Virus record (IMG/VR): IMGVR_UViG_3300027896_000032
Coordinates: 4,136 to 68,135 of that record
Source of the DNA: a virus
DNA length: 64,000 bases
Strand: one strand, 5' to 3'
The notes beneath the pieces were generated by a model. That model did not search any database. It was not told the origin of the DNA and saw nothing but the letters and a program-made list of their open reading frames with translations. The translations under genes and the position numbers were made by a program. Shown here in pieces: positions 1 to 9,001 of this stretch. Every line of letters begins with the position of its first letter. The first letter of the stretch is position 1.

Positions 1-167
1 TGAGGTTGGGGAGGGGCCGACTGACTTTACCGATTTTCTTTTTCATCAACATCACCGTCCTTTAATGCTATTTTATTCACAGCAAAATAATTATCAAGTC
101 AATTTTAATAATAATTTTTTCACAATTATTTTATGCATATTTTAAATAATCCTTTAATTACAGGGGG

Positions 168-195
168 AATAAAAAACCGGGGCTTTTGACCCCGG
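168..195 (-). terminator. Rho-independent terminator after the endolysin
   Basis: Minus strand CCGGGG-tcaaaag-CCCCGG followed by TTTTTTATT. Confidence 0.75.
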
Positions 196-228
196 ATAAA
201 GGATGAATGATACTACACCATGCCCGTC

Positions 229-855
229 TCAGACTATTTTTAGGCTGCACCGCGATATCAGGTCTGCATAGGGGAATGCCGGCCCGAGGTCGTACTTGTC
301 CTGGCGAAACATTTGATGCGTTCCCACGCCCTTGAATGCTTGCAGGGCAGGCAACTGGCATGAGAAGACGTCTTTCGGTATCTGCCGTGGTATCGTCGGA
401 ACCTTTGTGAGAATGTCGTTGACCAGCTCGCAGACAGCATCAACCTGGACGCGAGGAAACTTCACGGCACCGCCGGCATCGCGGTCCGGCACGGCCACGA
501 CATTCTCTGCCGGCCATTCGCGCCCAACATAGTCGTACCACTTGCCGTCACGCAGCCACACCGGCCCGATGTTCACGATCTCGAGAGCGATGGTGCGCTT
601 GTCGAGCGCGTGTCCCGGATTGGAAGCGCCCTTTACGCCCAAGTGATACGCCCAATATTCTTTCGGGAAACACAGATTCACAGTCCCGTCGACGTCGACA
701 ATGAACGGCACGGCCACATAGTCCGGATTGCGGAGACTCGCGCGCGCCGACATCGAGGTATAGCCGGCCGTGAAATGCAGGATCAACAGGTCCTTTGTGA
801 ATTTTTCCTGAAAGTAATCATTCAGTGGTGATGGAAAATTTTTGAAGTTCAGCAT
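229..855 (-). CDS. Endolysin, N-acetylmuramoyl-L-alanine amidase (Amidase_2 type)
   Basis: Motifs ILHFTAG, WAYHLG, IALEIVN and THQMFRQDKYD (Zn ligands H/H/D plus catalytic E); end of late operon. Confidence 0.85.
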   Translation of the reverse strand: MLNFKNFPSPLNDYFQEKFTKDLLILHFTAGYTSMSARASLRNPDYVAVPFIVDVDGTVNLCFPKEYWAYHLGVKGASNPGHALDKRTIALEIVNIGPVWLRDGKWYDYVGREWPAENVVAVPDRDAGGAVKFPRVQVDAVCELVNDILTKVPTIPRQIPKDVFSCQLPALQAFKGVGTHQMFRQDKYDLGPAFPYADLISRCSLKIV

Positions 856-864
856 CGTGCCTCC

Positions 865-1269
865 TTACAGTTTGCCGACGACCTTTTTAAAGTCGCCGCT
901 TTTCAGGACGGCCAGCATGGCCGCTTTCCAGTTTATGGAAACCTTTGCCGTTGTCGCGTCTACCTTTATCACATCGCGGGCCTGCTGCGCCGACAGCGGC
1001 GTTTTGCACGGCATGGCGGCAATTGCTACCTGCGCGGCCTCAACGGCTGTCTGGTGCGCTGTAGCGGCCGGCGCCGCGGCTTTCACGCCATCCACGTGGC
1101 GGGCGATGTCCACCCCGGCCGAAACAATACCGAATAGTTTTTTGAACTTGCCGGCCGCGAGGACGATAGAAGCGACCGACAGAATCAGTTCGCCGTTGAC
1201 GTTGATCCAGTGAATGGCCAGCAGGGCATAGGTCAGAATCAATTTCATTTCTGCTAAAAACTGTTGCAT
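865..1269 (-). CDS. Holin-like membrane protein
   Basis: N-terminal hydrophobic segments; directly upstream of the endolysin; GGAGG RBS. Confidence 0.5.
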   Translation of the reverse strand: MQQFLAEMKLILTYALLAIHWINVNGELILSVASIVLAAGKFKKLFGIVSAGVDIARHVDGVKAAAPAATAHQTAVEAAQVAIAAMPCKTPLSAQQARDVIKVDATTAKVSINWKAAMLAVLKSGDFKKVVGKL

Positions 1270-1281
1270 TTCGAACCTCCT

Positions 1282-1620
1282 TTAAATTTTTCCGTACAGC
1301 AATTTCATATAGTGATCGACAGCCCATGTTGCAAAAGCAGACAGGACCGCGACGAGTCCCATGATGAGAGAGAGCATTGCACCGCCGCCGCGCCAGAACG
1401 AAAGCTTATTTTCAATTCTGTCAATTCGACCATCAGTGCATTCAAAGTGCGCGTTTATTTTTGCGAATTCAACCTTGCCATCACCAAGATTCTTTGTAAT
1501 GAATTCAATGTCTTTCCGCAATTCCGCTAGTTCGGTAACGATTCCGCTATGAGATGTATTGTCGTTGTCGATATGGGCGTTTATTCTTTTTAAAAACTCA
1601 AAAAGTTCATTGTCGTTCAT
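1282..1620 (-). CDS. Coiled-coil plus C-terminal TM protein (holin/XhlA-like lysis accessory)
   Basis: Heptad-like middle, single C-terminal TM helix, lysis-module position. Confidence 0.5.
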   Translation of the reverse strand: MNDNELFEFLKRINAHIDNDNTSHSGIVTELAELRKDIEFITKNLGDGKVEFAKINAHFECTDGRIDRIENKLSFWRGGGAMLSLIMGLVAVLSAFATWAVDHYMKLLYGKI

Positions 1621-1636
1621 TTTGATGATGTCCTTA

Positions 1637-2758
1637 TCATTGGAGTATTTGTGAAAGAATTACCTGTAGAAGTGAATTCATTCCGGTGAGTAACGCCGTT
1701 GAGGGCGCGACTGATAATGCAGTGGTATTCGTATCCTCATTGCCGTCCTGATCGACAGCGCAAACAATAACATAATAAGTCTGCGCGGCATCGAGCGCAC
1801 CGCCGGCGGCATCCCGGCATATTGTTTTCGCCGTGAGCCGGGTTTCGGCGAGGAAGTAGACGCTGGACGGCCCGAACGAATTGGGAGCAGCACCGGCACG
1901 GATGTAGACCCGGTAGCCAACCGTCTGCGAGTGTGAAGCCGTCGCGGCGTTCCATGATGCAAGAAGCGTCCCGTCAGTCCCGGCCGTTAGAGATTGAATG
2001 CCGGTTGTGGAATTCCATGTTGGCGCGACTCCCCATGCGGTGGTGTCACGGGAAATGCGGACAAAATCTGATTCCTGTCTTTCATCGAGACACCATTGGC
2101 ATGAGTTCGTTCCCGCCGCCGCGCGTGTTACCTTGTGATTTGCTAATAGATAATTAAACTGAGCATTCGTAGCGGTGTAGTTAAAATGAATACGCCGCGC
2201 AGTAGCTGAACTTATATTCGCAACCTCATTGTTCGCCCAAACAGTAGGAGTTGTATAGAAAATAAAAGTATATGTTCCCGTTGCGTTTATATTGGTACAG
2301 CCAGTACATTGTGCCCCTGTATTCAGATTAACAGATGCGAAGTTATCAAAAGTAAAATTCGTGTAGACATTAGGTAATGCTCGAATATTATAATCAGAAA
2401 CAACATTGGTGGTATTTGCTTTTACAGTCCCCGGACCTGTAACAGTATTGAAGCCGAGGCCAGTTCCGGTTTTCCCGTTAAATCCTCCCTGCGATGTTGT
2501 GTCGTAAAGAGTCAGGGTATAACCATTAAGTGTAAGGTTTAGATAGCCGGTTTTTACCGAAGCATTTCCCGCGACATTATCACCGTTGTAAAAAAAATTA
2601 AGAGATAAATTTCCAGTCAAACTCATTGTAACGTGGGCAGCATTGTAATAATAGATATTATCCGTACTCGCCAAACCGGGACCTTTCAAGGCAATAAGTC
2701 CCGCAAGATCAATATCTGTGTCTATTTGAAAATTGGGTGCAGAATAAGAATTAGCCAT
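1637..2758 (-). CDS. Tail fibre/receptor-binding-associated protein with C-terminal FN3-like domain
   Basis: N/T/G-rich beta N-terminus; C-terminal LASWNAA...YRVY...YYVIVCAVD FN3 pattern. Confidence 0.6.
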   Translation of the reverse strand: MANSYSAPNFQIDTDIDLAGLIALKGPGLASTDNIYYYNAAHVTMSLTGNLSLNFFYNGDNVAGNASVKTGYLNLTLNGYTLTLYDTTSQGGFNGKTGTGLGFNTVTGPGTVKANTTNVVSDYNIRALPNVYTNFTFDNFASVNLNTGAQCTGCTNINATGTYTFIFYTTPTVWANNEVANISSATARRIHFNYTATNAQFNYLLANHKVTRAAAGTNSCQWCLDERQESDFVRISRDTTAWGVAPTWNSTTGIQSLTAGTDGTLLASWNAATASHSQTVGYRVYIRAGAAPNSFGPSSVYFLAETRLTAKTICRDAAGGALDAAQTYYVIVCAVDQDGNEDTNTTALSVAPSTALLTGMNSLLQVILSQILQ

Positions 2759-2987
2759 TTTCTATAATACCACCGTTTGTTGTTATGATAAGCCTGTTTT
2801 CTTCTGTTGACAAATCGAATAATACACCGTTTTCCGGTTGACTTTCACAACCCACTATTGCCCCATCCGCTGGTAATGGATATAACTGAATTAAAAAAAA
2901 TGGAATATTGCAATCAGGAACCATAACCTTCATTCCAGGCAGATCAATAAGTTCTTTTTCAATTTGTGGAACGATATAGTATTTCAT
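2751..2987 (-). CDS. Hypothetical protein (low-GC, tail-fibre accessory)
   Basis: 78-aa ORF tightly coupled to its neighbours. Confidence 0.55.
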   Translation of the reverse strand: MKYYIVPQIEKELIDLPGMKVMVPDCNIPFFLIQLYPLPADGAIVGCESQPENGVLFDLSTEENRLIITTNGGIIENG

Positions 2988-2988
2988 A

Positions 2989-4032
2989 TTAACTCCATGC
3001 CGAAACGGCGGTAAGATTTGCCCCTGTCCATGTCAGCGTTTTTGTATATGTAGTGCCGCCGATTGTTTTTGCTATTGTTGTCAGATTCGATCCGGTATAA
3101 GAAAGCACCATCGAGGGATTGCTTTTACTGGCATCCGTCGGCGGCTTTTCATTTATTATGGTTTTTTGTGTTCCGCCCGTAAGTGTCGCATCTTTAGCCA
3201 AACCGGTTTCAACGGCCGGAATCATATTTGACACGTTGACATTATGGCCGTCCGCGAGTTGCTTTGCACTCGTAGCGAATCCTGTAATCGCTGCCGGAGG
3301 CGTCAACGTCGTGACCTGCGCTGCCGGAAGGGGGTACTCAGCGGGAAGATTATTCACGGCCACATTATGCCCGTCGGCAAGCTGCTTCGCTGCTGTAGCA
3401 AACCCCGTAATAGCAGCAGGGGGAGTAAGCGTAGTCACCTGCGCGGTCGGCAAAGGATATTCGGCCGGCAGGTTGTTCACCGCGACATTGTGACCGTCCG
3501 CGAGTTGCTTTGCTGCCGTGGCAAAGCCAGTGATTGCCGCCGGCGGTGTCAGCGTTGTAATTTGTGCCGACGGTAATGGATATTCAGAGGGAAAATTATT
3601 GACCACAACCGCGTGACCGTCCGGAAGTTGCTTTGTCGCAGTGGCGAAATCCTTCCCGGCTATCGCGGCCAGATTGCCGCCGGTCTCTTTTGCGAGTCCC
3701 GAAACGTCCACCGTGTTCACCGTAACCGATCCGGTGACTGGAACTGGACTTGTTAACTTGCCATCAATCGAGGAAAGAATGATAGCAAGCGCCTGCTGCC
3801 CCTGCAATGTCGATGGATCGATTTTAACGCCGGAACTGTCAAGGATATTCACATCGCCAATATCTATGCTTCCATCGAGGGCGACCGGAATACGGCCTGT
3901 AGAATCGAGAACGATTTGAACCGGAGTATAGTTGCTCGGATTATTCGGATCGCCACCATTAAAATAAATGAATGTCGGAAAACCACCCTTGCATTCATCG
4001 ATTGGCCATTTATTTATTCTGATTGTCGCCAT
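2989..4032 (-). CDS. Tail fibre-like protein with internal 41-aa repeats
   Basis: About 3.4 copies of FATAAKQLADGHNVAVNNLPAEYPLPxAQVTTLTPPAAITG; tail-tip position. Confidence 0.65.
   Translation of the reverse strand: MATIRINKWPIDECKGGFPTFIYFNGGDPNNPSNYTPVQIVLDSTGRIPVALDGSIDIGDVNILDSSGVKIDPSTLQGQQALAIILSSIDGKLTSPVPVTGSVTVNTVDVSGLAKETGGNLAAIAGKDFATATKQLPDGHAVVVNNFPSEYPLPSAQITTLTPPAAITGFATAAKQLADGHNVAVNNLPAEYPLPTAQVTTLTPPAAITGFATAAKQLADGHNVAVNNLPAEYPLPAAQVTTLTPPAAITGFATSAKQLADGHNVNVSNMIPAVETGLAKDATLTGGTQKTIINEKPPTDASKSNPSMVLSYTGSNLTTIAKTIGGTTYTKTLTWTGANLTAVSAWS
3230..3650 (-). repeat. 123-bp coding tandem repeat (~3.4 copies)
   Basis: Protein-level repeat with many synonymous differences between copies. 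Confidence 0.8.
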
Positions 4033-4040
4033 GCCGCACC

Positions 4041-7000
4041 TTAGTTTTCAATATTGTAGCATATCTCGACTTGATCCCATGTATTCACCAAAACGCCGGC
4101 GGAATTCTTAACCCAAAAATAAGCCTTATTCGCCGCGGAGAAAAAGCCGGAAGGCCCAAAGCGAACATGATCGCCCCAATCGTCAGTATAATTATGCGAA
4201 AAATCTCCATGAAATATTATATTGGCATCGCTTTTTTCGACGTAAAAACTGTTGTTGTATTGATTGACAACCGCTACCTCTTCCACAGTATCATGAGAGG
4301 TAGAAAAACCGAACTCAAACCAGTTTGAATACGAACCGTCGGCATCGTGCCGAAACCGAATACTGGCATTTACTTTGTAAGGCACAACTCCAAGAGAATG
4401 CCCCACCGAAATAGGCATATCAGTAAATGGTCCAATATATGATAGCGAAGTTCTGCCGACAAACGCCGCCACCGTATTCTGAACCACAATGGTTGTTTTT
4501 CCCTGCGCCACCTTGTTGTTTATCGTTGCAACGCCGCCATCAGCCCCAACCGTAAACGTGGCAAGTCCGCCGTGATTCGCATAATCACTATCAATCGTAT
4601 ATGTAATAACATAACTGTTTTGTGAGCCTGTTATCTTCGCCAGCGGTGTAGCAACTGTTATAACATCTGCATTAACATATTTCGCCACAACGTCCGTAGC
4701 CACCAAGTCCGTTTTTAATTGCGACGTGCAGGTAATATACACTGTAAGTGCGCCCTGCAATGCGGGTTCCTGGCTGAACCTGAAAGAAAAATCGTTGGTC
4801 GGCTGTTCGAGCGCATCAACCTGGCCGTTTCCCACGTCCGCCGAATTACCCAACGTGGTCAGCGGGTTCTCATCCGTCATGCTCCAATCCTTGAATTCCA
4901 ACTCAAAGATCGAAGCGTCGGCTTCCCGCAGGTCAAACGTCTGTTCTACCTTGTCGATGCTGTAGACTTCATCCAGAATCTTTATCACGTATTCTTTGTT
5001 GAGTCCGGCATACGCATCTACCACCAGTATCCGATCGGAAATCTGCAAGTACGGCCGGGGACGGTCGATAACCAGTTTTGGAATGTCCCGCGGAACGCAG
5101 TTATTCGCCACCACGAAATGCGCAACCGTGGACGCCTGCAAAAGCGTCGGAAACAAATCATTCTGAATTTCAAACGCCTGTTCGCCGCCGAACGCCTGAA
5201 TGATTGCATCCGGGGCCTGCACGGTCGTTTTTGTATTCTTGTCCACAATCATGCGGCGCCCGAATATTTCGAGGGACTTCACATACATGGTGTTCGAGGA
5301 CCGGTTTTGCAGAAGAATCGGAATCTGATCCCATGCGGCGGGGTTGTAATATCTGTTCGCCTCATCGGTGACCACGCCGGAACCACGGAAGAAAACGTTC
5401 TGCGTATTCCAGTTCGTTGCCGACGGGTTCGAAGGATCGAGAGCCATGCAAACCCTGTCGTTCAGCGGCGTGTTGTTCACCGTCGTGCCCGCTGTCATGT
5501 CCGCGCCCCACGCTCCGCCGCTGCCGCGCTCCGCCGAAATGATTGTAAATTTCACATTCGATTCTGTCAGCGGATCGGATATCGATGGACTGTTCGGAAA
5601 GACTTTGAAGTCGCCGAACTGCGCGAAGTACATCATGCCAAGCTGCAACTCCGCCTGATCGCCGGACTGCAAAGAACCGTGCGCGGCCAATCGAATCCAC
5701 ACGCCTGTAAATTCAGACTCGGAAAACACGGAAGACAGGTCAGCGAAGTCGTCGTAGGCTTCCCCGCAAATCATTGTCCCGGTCTTTGAGAGCGCCGGCA
5801 ACGTCGTTCCGCCGGCCAGCATGACCGCGGCCCGAGACACCTTTACAGCGACAACCCAATCGCCCCCGGACTCATACGGTGCGCTCGTAAGCTCGAACGT
5901 GTACACCCGATCGACAATGTTCACGGCATCGAAAGAAGATGTTCGACTTATCGCCAGCACGGGGCCTTTTGAAGCCGTGTCCTGCCCGATGATGTTGTAC
6001 GCCCAAACATCGCCGAAAAAATGACCGGGCAACAAATACCCCTCGTTGCGGCTCGCCTGATCGTTATAGAACAGGTTGAATTTCCAGCATTTGGTTTCCT
6101 GATCGTCTATCCGTTGTGGCGACGCCGTTACCGTGACCTTGTTAATAATCTGTTGATTGAACACCCGTGTTGTCGAAAGGGTGTCCTGTAACGCCGTGCA
6201 ATCATCCGTCCCGAACGTCCTGTACGCATCACCCGTAGCGGCCGTGCCATCGCCCTGGTACATCCTCGACTTGCACGTCAACGCTCCTACCTCATCGATA
6301 CTGACGGTTGCGGCGACGGTCTCAGCCAGCTTTTCCAGCACGTCTATGATTTTATTTCCGGCATCTGGAACATAAAAGAACGGATACACAAAATCCTTTC
6401 CGGTCGGAATCGTGAAACAGTTTATTTTTCCCGACGGCAACCCCAACAACGCCGCCTGGTCTTCGAAAATGTACTTGAAATTCTTCTGATAATAAACGTA
6501 GCTGCCCGCGTCTTTCTGCTGGTAGAAAGTCCGTTCATCCTCTACGGTAAGCTGGACAGACTGATCGTTCTGCGAAATCTGCCAATCCGCCGTGCGCCCT
6601 CGGAACTTATCTATGTATATCCAGCCGACCGGCGACACAGTGCTGTACACGCCAATCTGGAACACGCACAGCCGGCCGGAACGGATGTTGCCTACTTTCT
6701 TTCCACTCTGCGAGAAGACATAACTATCGTAGGCACCGTTGAATTGAAATGCCGTCGGGTTGTACGTCCCAAATATTCTGTAGTCGAAAGCGCGGTTTTT
6801 ATTGTCGAGGGTCAGATTCAGTTTTCGAGTCGTGGTTTTGGAAGTAATCGAATCGTTCTCTTGTGCATTCAGATGGAATTGGTCTTTGATGAAATCGGCG
6901 AGATTTGGCCAGTGCGTTGTATTCGGAGACTGCCAATCATCTTCCCACTGTTTCCCACTTCCCGCCGTATCATCATGGCTACCGTCGAAATTAATGAAAA

Positions 7001-7064
7001 AGCGAACCCTGAACTTTGGATTCGCCGTAAGACACGCATTTTTGAACGCCGTGGAACCGCGCAT
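4041..7064 (-). CDS. Tail tip/hub (Tal-like) minor tail protein
   Basis: About 1007 aa, probable start MRGSTAF at 7064; hub-like segments (IINKVTVTA, FEIQNDLF, PYLQISDRI); two genes downstream of tape measure. Confidence 0.7.
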   Translation of the reverse strand: MRGSTAFKNACLTANPKFRVRFFINFDGSHDDTAGSGKQWEDDWQSPNTTHWPNLADFIKDQFHLNAQENDSITSKTTTRKLNLTLDNKNRAFDYRIFGTYNPTAFQFNGAYDSYVFSQSGKKVGNIRSGRLCVFQIGVYSTVSPVGWIYIDKFRGRTADWQISQNDQSVQLTVEDERTFYQQKDAGSYVYYQKNFKYIFEDQAALLGLPSGKINCFTIPTGKDFVYPFFYVPDAGNKIIDVLEKLAETVAATVSIDEVGALTCKSRMYQGDGTAATGDAYRTFGTDDCTALQDTLSTTRVFNQQIINKVTVTASPQRIDDQETKCWKFNLFYNDQASRNEGYLLPGHFFGDVWAYNIIGQDTASKGPVLAISRTSSFDAVNIVDRVYTFELTSAPYESGGDWVVAVKVSRAAVMLAGGTTLPALSKTGTMICGEAYDDFADLSSVFSESEFTGVWIRLAAHGSLQSGDQAELQLGMMYFAQFGDFKVFPNSPSISDPLTESNVKFTIISAERGSGGAWGADMTAGTTVNNTPLNDRVCMALDPSNPSATNWNTQNVFFRGSGVVTDEANRYYNPAAWDQIPILLQNRSSNTMYVKSLEIFGRRMIVDKNTKTTVQAPDAIIQAFGGEQAFEIQNDLFPTLLQASTVAHFVVANNCVPRDIPKLVIDRPRPYLQISDRILVVDAYAGLNKEYVIKILDEVYSIDKVEQTFDLREADASIFELEFKDWSMTDENPLTTLGNSADVGNGQVDALEQPTNDFSFRFSQEPALQGALTVYITCTSQLKTDLVATDVVAKYVNADVITVATPLAKITGSQNSYVITYTIDSDYANHGGLATFTVGADGGVATINNKVAQGKTTIVVQNTVAAFVGRTSLSYIGPFTDMPISVGHSLGVVPYKVNASIRFRHDADGSYSNWFEFGFSTSHDTVEEVAVVNQYNNSFYVEKSDANIIFHGDFSHNYTDDWGDHVRFGPSGFFSAANKAYFWVKNSAGVLVNTWDQVEICYNIEN

Positions 7065-7065
7065 A

Positions 7066-8991
7066 TCAGACCTCAGTAAAAGAAGAAACGCCGCCGTACC
7101 AGATTGCGCCAGGCACATAATTTATCTGCTCTATGCCAAATACCGCATTGTCCGGCGGCAGCGCCTTGCCGGAAAGCGCCCGGTCACAATCACCCCAATA
7201 CACGTCATATATATAGCCCAGATTGTCCCAGAGCTTCAGCACGACGCGCCGGTCGTATTCCGCGTACAACAGCGCACGCAACGCGGACTGCATCGGCATG
7301 AAGTTTACCTTGAACGTCCGCTTCATCACCTTTTCCGGGCCGACCTGTTTTGTTTCCACCGTCCAGCCGCCCTGTAATGGCCGGAACTTCACTTCATGTC
7401 CGGAGAGCCCGACGCGCCAGAAGTACGTTGCATCCGCTATCGTGAATCGCCACGTCGAGTAATGGCCGTGTTCCGTGAGAATCCAATACGCCCATCCCGA
7501 CCATAACCGTAATACCGTGTCGTACATCCGGACGCGCCAGTAATAAGTATTGTTCGGCGCAATCATGTTCGCTTCCGTCGGTGTCAGATATGCCGTTGCT
7601 CCACTAGCGAACGTCGGCGCATAGAACAGTTCCGGATTCGTTGTCTGATCAAAAACCCATGTGGCTTCCGGAAGAAAATCAGGAACAACACTGACCTCGA
7701 CACGATATTGAAGAGGCGCGCCAGACGAACTATGACCTTGAAAGACGAACTGCGGAAAGAAAGTATGAATCGTTTCTGTATTATAAGGTGCAATCAGGAC
7801 TGGCCGCGGGAACGGCTGGAACATAGCGAACGCCTGCCCGTGAATGCCATATTCATAAGTGCTGCGCATCGCCGTGGCATCGGTTCCGAATGCCCGCATC
7901 TTGTAATCGTTCGTCAACGGCGGGGACTCAACATCCCATGTCTGCACGTTCGCAGTGGCCGGGTCGGTTGTCGTTATGTCAACCCATGTTGAATAATCAA
8001 CCTTAATTTCCGCTCCGGGGTCAGGTATCTGGCCGTTGATGTTGTCGCCGAATACGATGTAGCCCCATGCCTCATCGTAGATATAGACCTTGTCCGTAGA
8101 CCCGTACCCGCTCAAGTCGGCGACGTCGTCACCCACGCATGTCCAAAGCTCGCCGGCCACACGCACACCATACCCCGGCGCCGTGATAACGCGCTTGTCG
8201 ATGCACTCGACGAACCGACTCCATAATGACGTTCCAAAATTGAATACCCATCCCTGCGGATGTTCCGGAGTCAGGAACGCACGGGCACAATACTGAAAAT
8301 GATAAGAGACGGTCGTTTCTTCCGGGTCGGTTATTTCCGAACATGAGCAATCATACTCATAATCCTGAATCGTCAAATTGTCGGTTCCGTCATTATGGAT
8401 AAGTCCGAACGGCACGGAGTCCGGAGTCCAGATCGGAACGTGGTTGGCCTCCTGGACCTGTGAGCGCCCGAACAGCGTTGCCCCCGGTGTCAGTATCGAG
8501 TTGAGCACCACGAGCACGCAGATAAAATGATCGTCCGCCACTATGCCGGCCGCATCCCAATACGTCTCGACGGTTGCCGCGTTCGTGCTCGAAAATATCA
8601 TGGTTCCATCGCCAGGGGACGGCGAAAACGTGACATTGCTTCGATGGACTTCATACCGCACAAACTCGTTGAATTCCGTTTCCGTGTACGGTGTCCAACT
8701 GATATGAAATATTGTTTTATAAAATTGCCTGTTTGTGCGCAGAGCAACCGGCACGAGTCCCAGAATGTTCAAATCCTGTTCAAAACCGCCCCCGAGCGTC
8801 GGCGACGAGAACGGCATGAAGTTGATCTCGAACTGCTGTTCTATTACCGAGCCTACGATATTTGGAGTTATTGCGTTCGGGGCATAATCGATTTCGACTA
8901 TCTGTTTGTTTTCACCGATGTCTGTAGGGAGAGCTTCCGGCTGGTACAGGATTTCAATCAGTTCTTTGGTTTCGCCGATATCTACCGCCAT
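7066..8991 (-). CDS. Minor tail protein (distal-tail position) with Ig/FN3-like modules
   Basis: Directly after tape measure; YYWRVR FN3-like motif; GYIVFGDNINGQIP module. Confidence 0.65.
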   Translation of the reverse strand: MAVDIGETKELIEILYQPEALPTDIGENKQIVEIDYAPNAITPNIVGSVIEQQFEINFMPFSSPTLGGGFEQDLNILGLVPVALRTNRQFYKTIFHISWTPYTETEFNEFVRYEVHRSNVTFSPSPGDGTMIFSSTNAATVETYWDAAGIVADDHFICVLVVLNSILTPGATLFGRSQVQEANHVPIWTPDSVPFGLIHNDGTDNLTIQDYEYDCSCSEITDPEETTVSYHFQYCARAFLTPEHPQGWVFNFGTSLWSRFVECIDKRVITAPGYGVRVAGELWTCVGDDVADLSGYGSTDKVYIYDEAWGYIVFGDNINGQIPDPGAEIKVDYSTWVDITTTDPATANVQTWDVESPPLTNDYKMRAFGTDATAMRSTYEYGIHGQAFAMFQPFPRPVLIAPYNTETIHTFFPQFVFQGHSSSGAPLQYRVEVSVVPDFLPEATWVFDQTTNPELFYAPTFASGATAYLTPTEANMIAPNNTYYWRVRMYDTVLRLWSGWAYWILTEHGHYSTWRFTIADATYFWRVGLSGHEVKFRPLQGGWTVETKQVGPEKVMKRTFKVNFMPMQSALRALLYAEYDRRVVLKLWDNLGYIYDVYWGDCDRALSGKALPPDNAVFGIEQINYVPGAIWYGGVSSFTEV

Positions 8992-9001
8992 GGCCTACTC
9001 C

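Noticed and set aside
7066-8991. Contractile-tail baseplate (GYIVFGDNINGQIP motif)
   Set aside because: No sheath or wedge genes are present; the motif looks like a borrowed module in a siphovirus-type tail.
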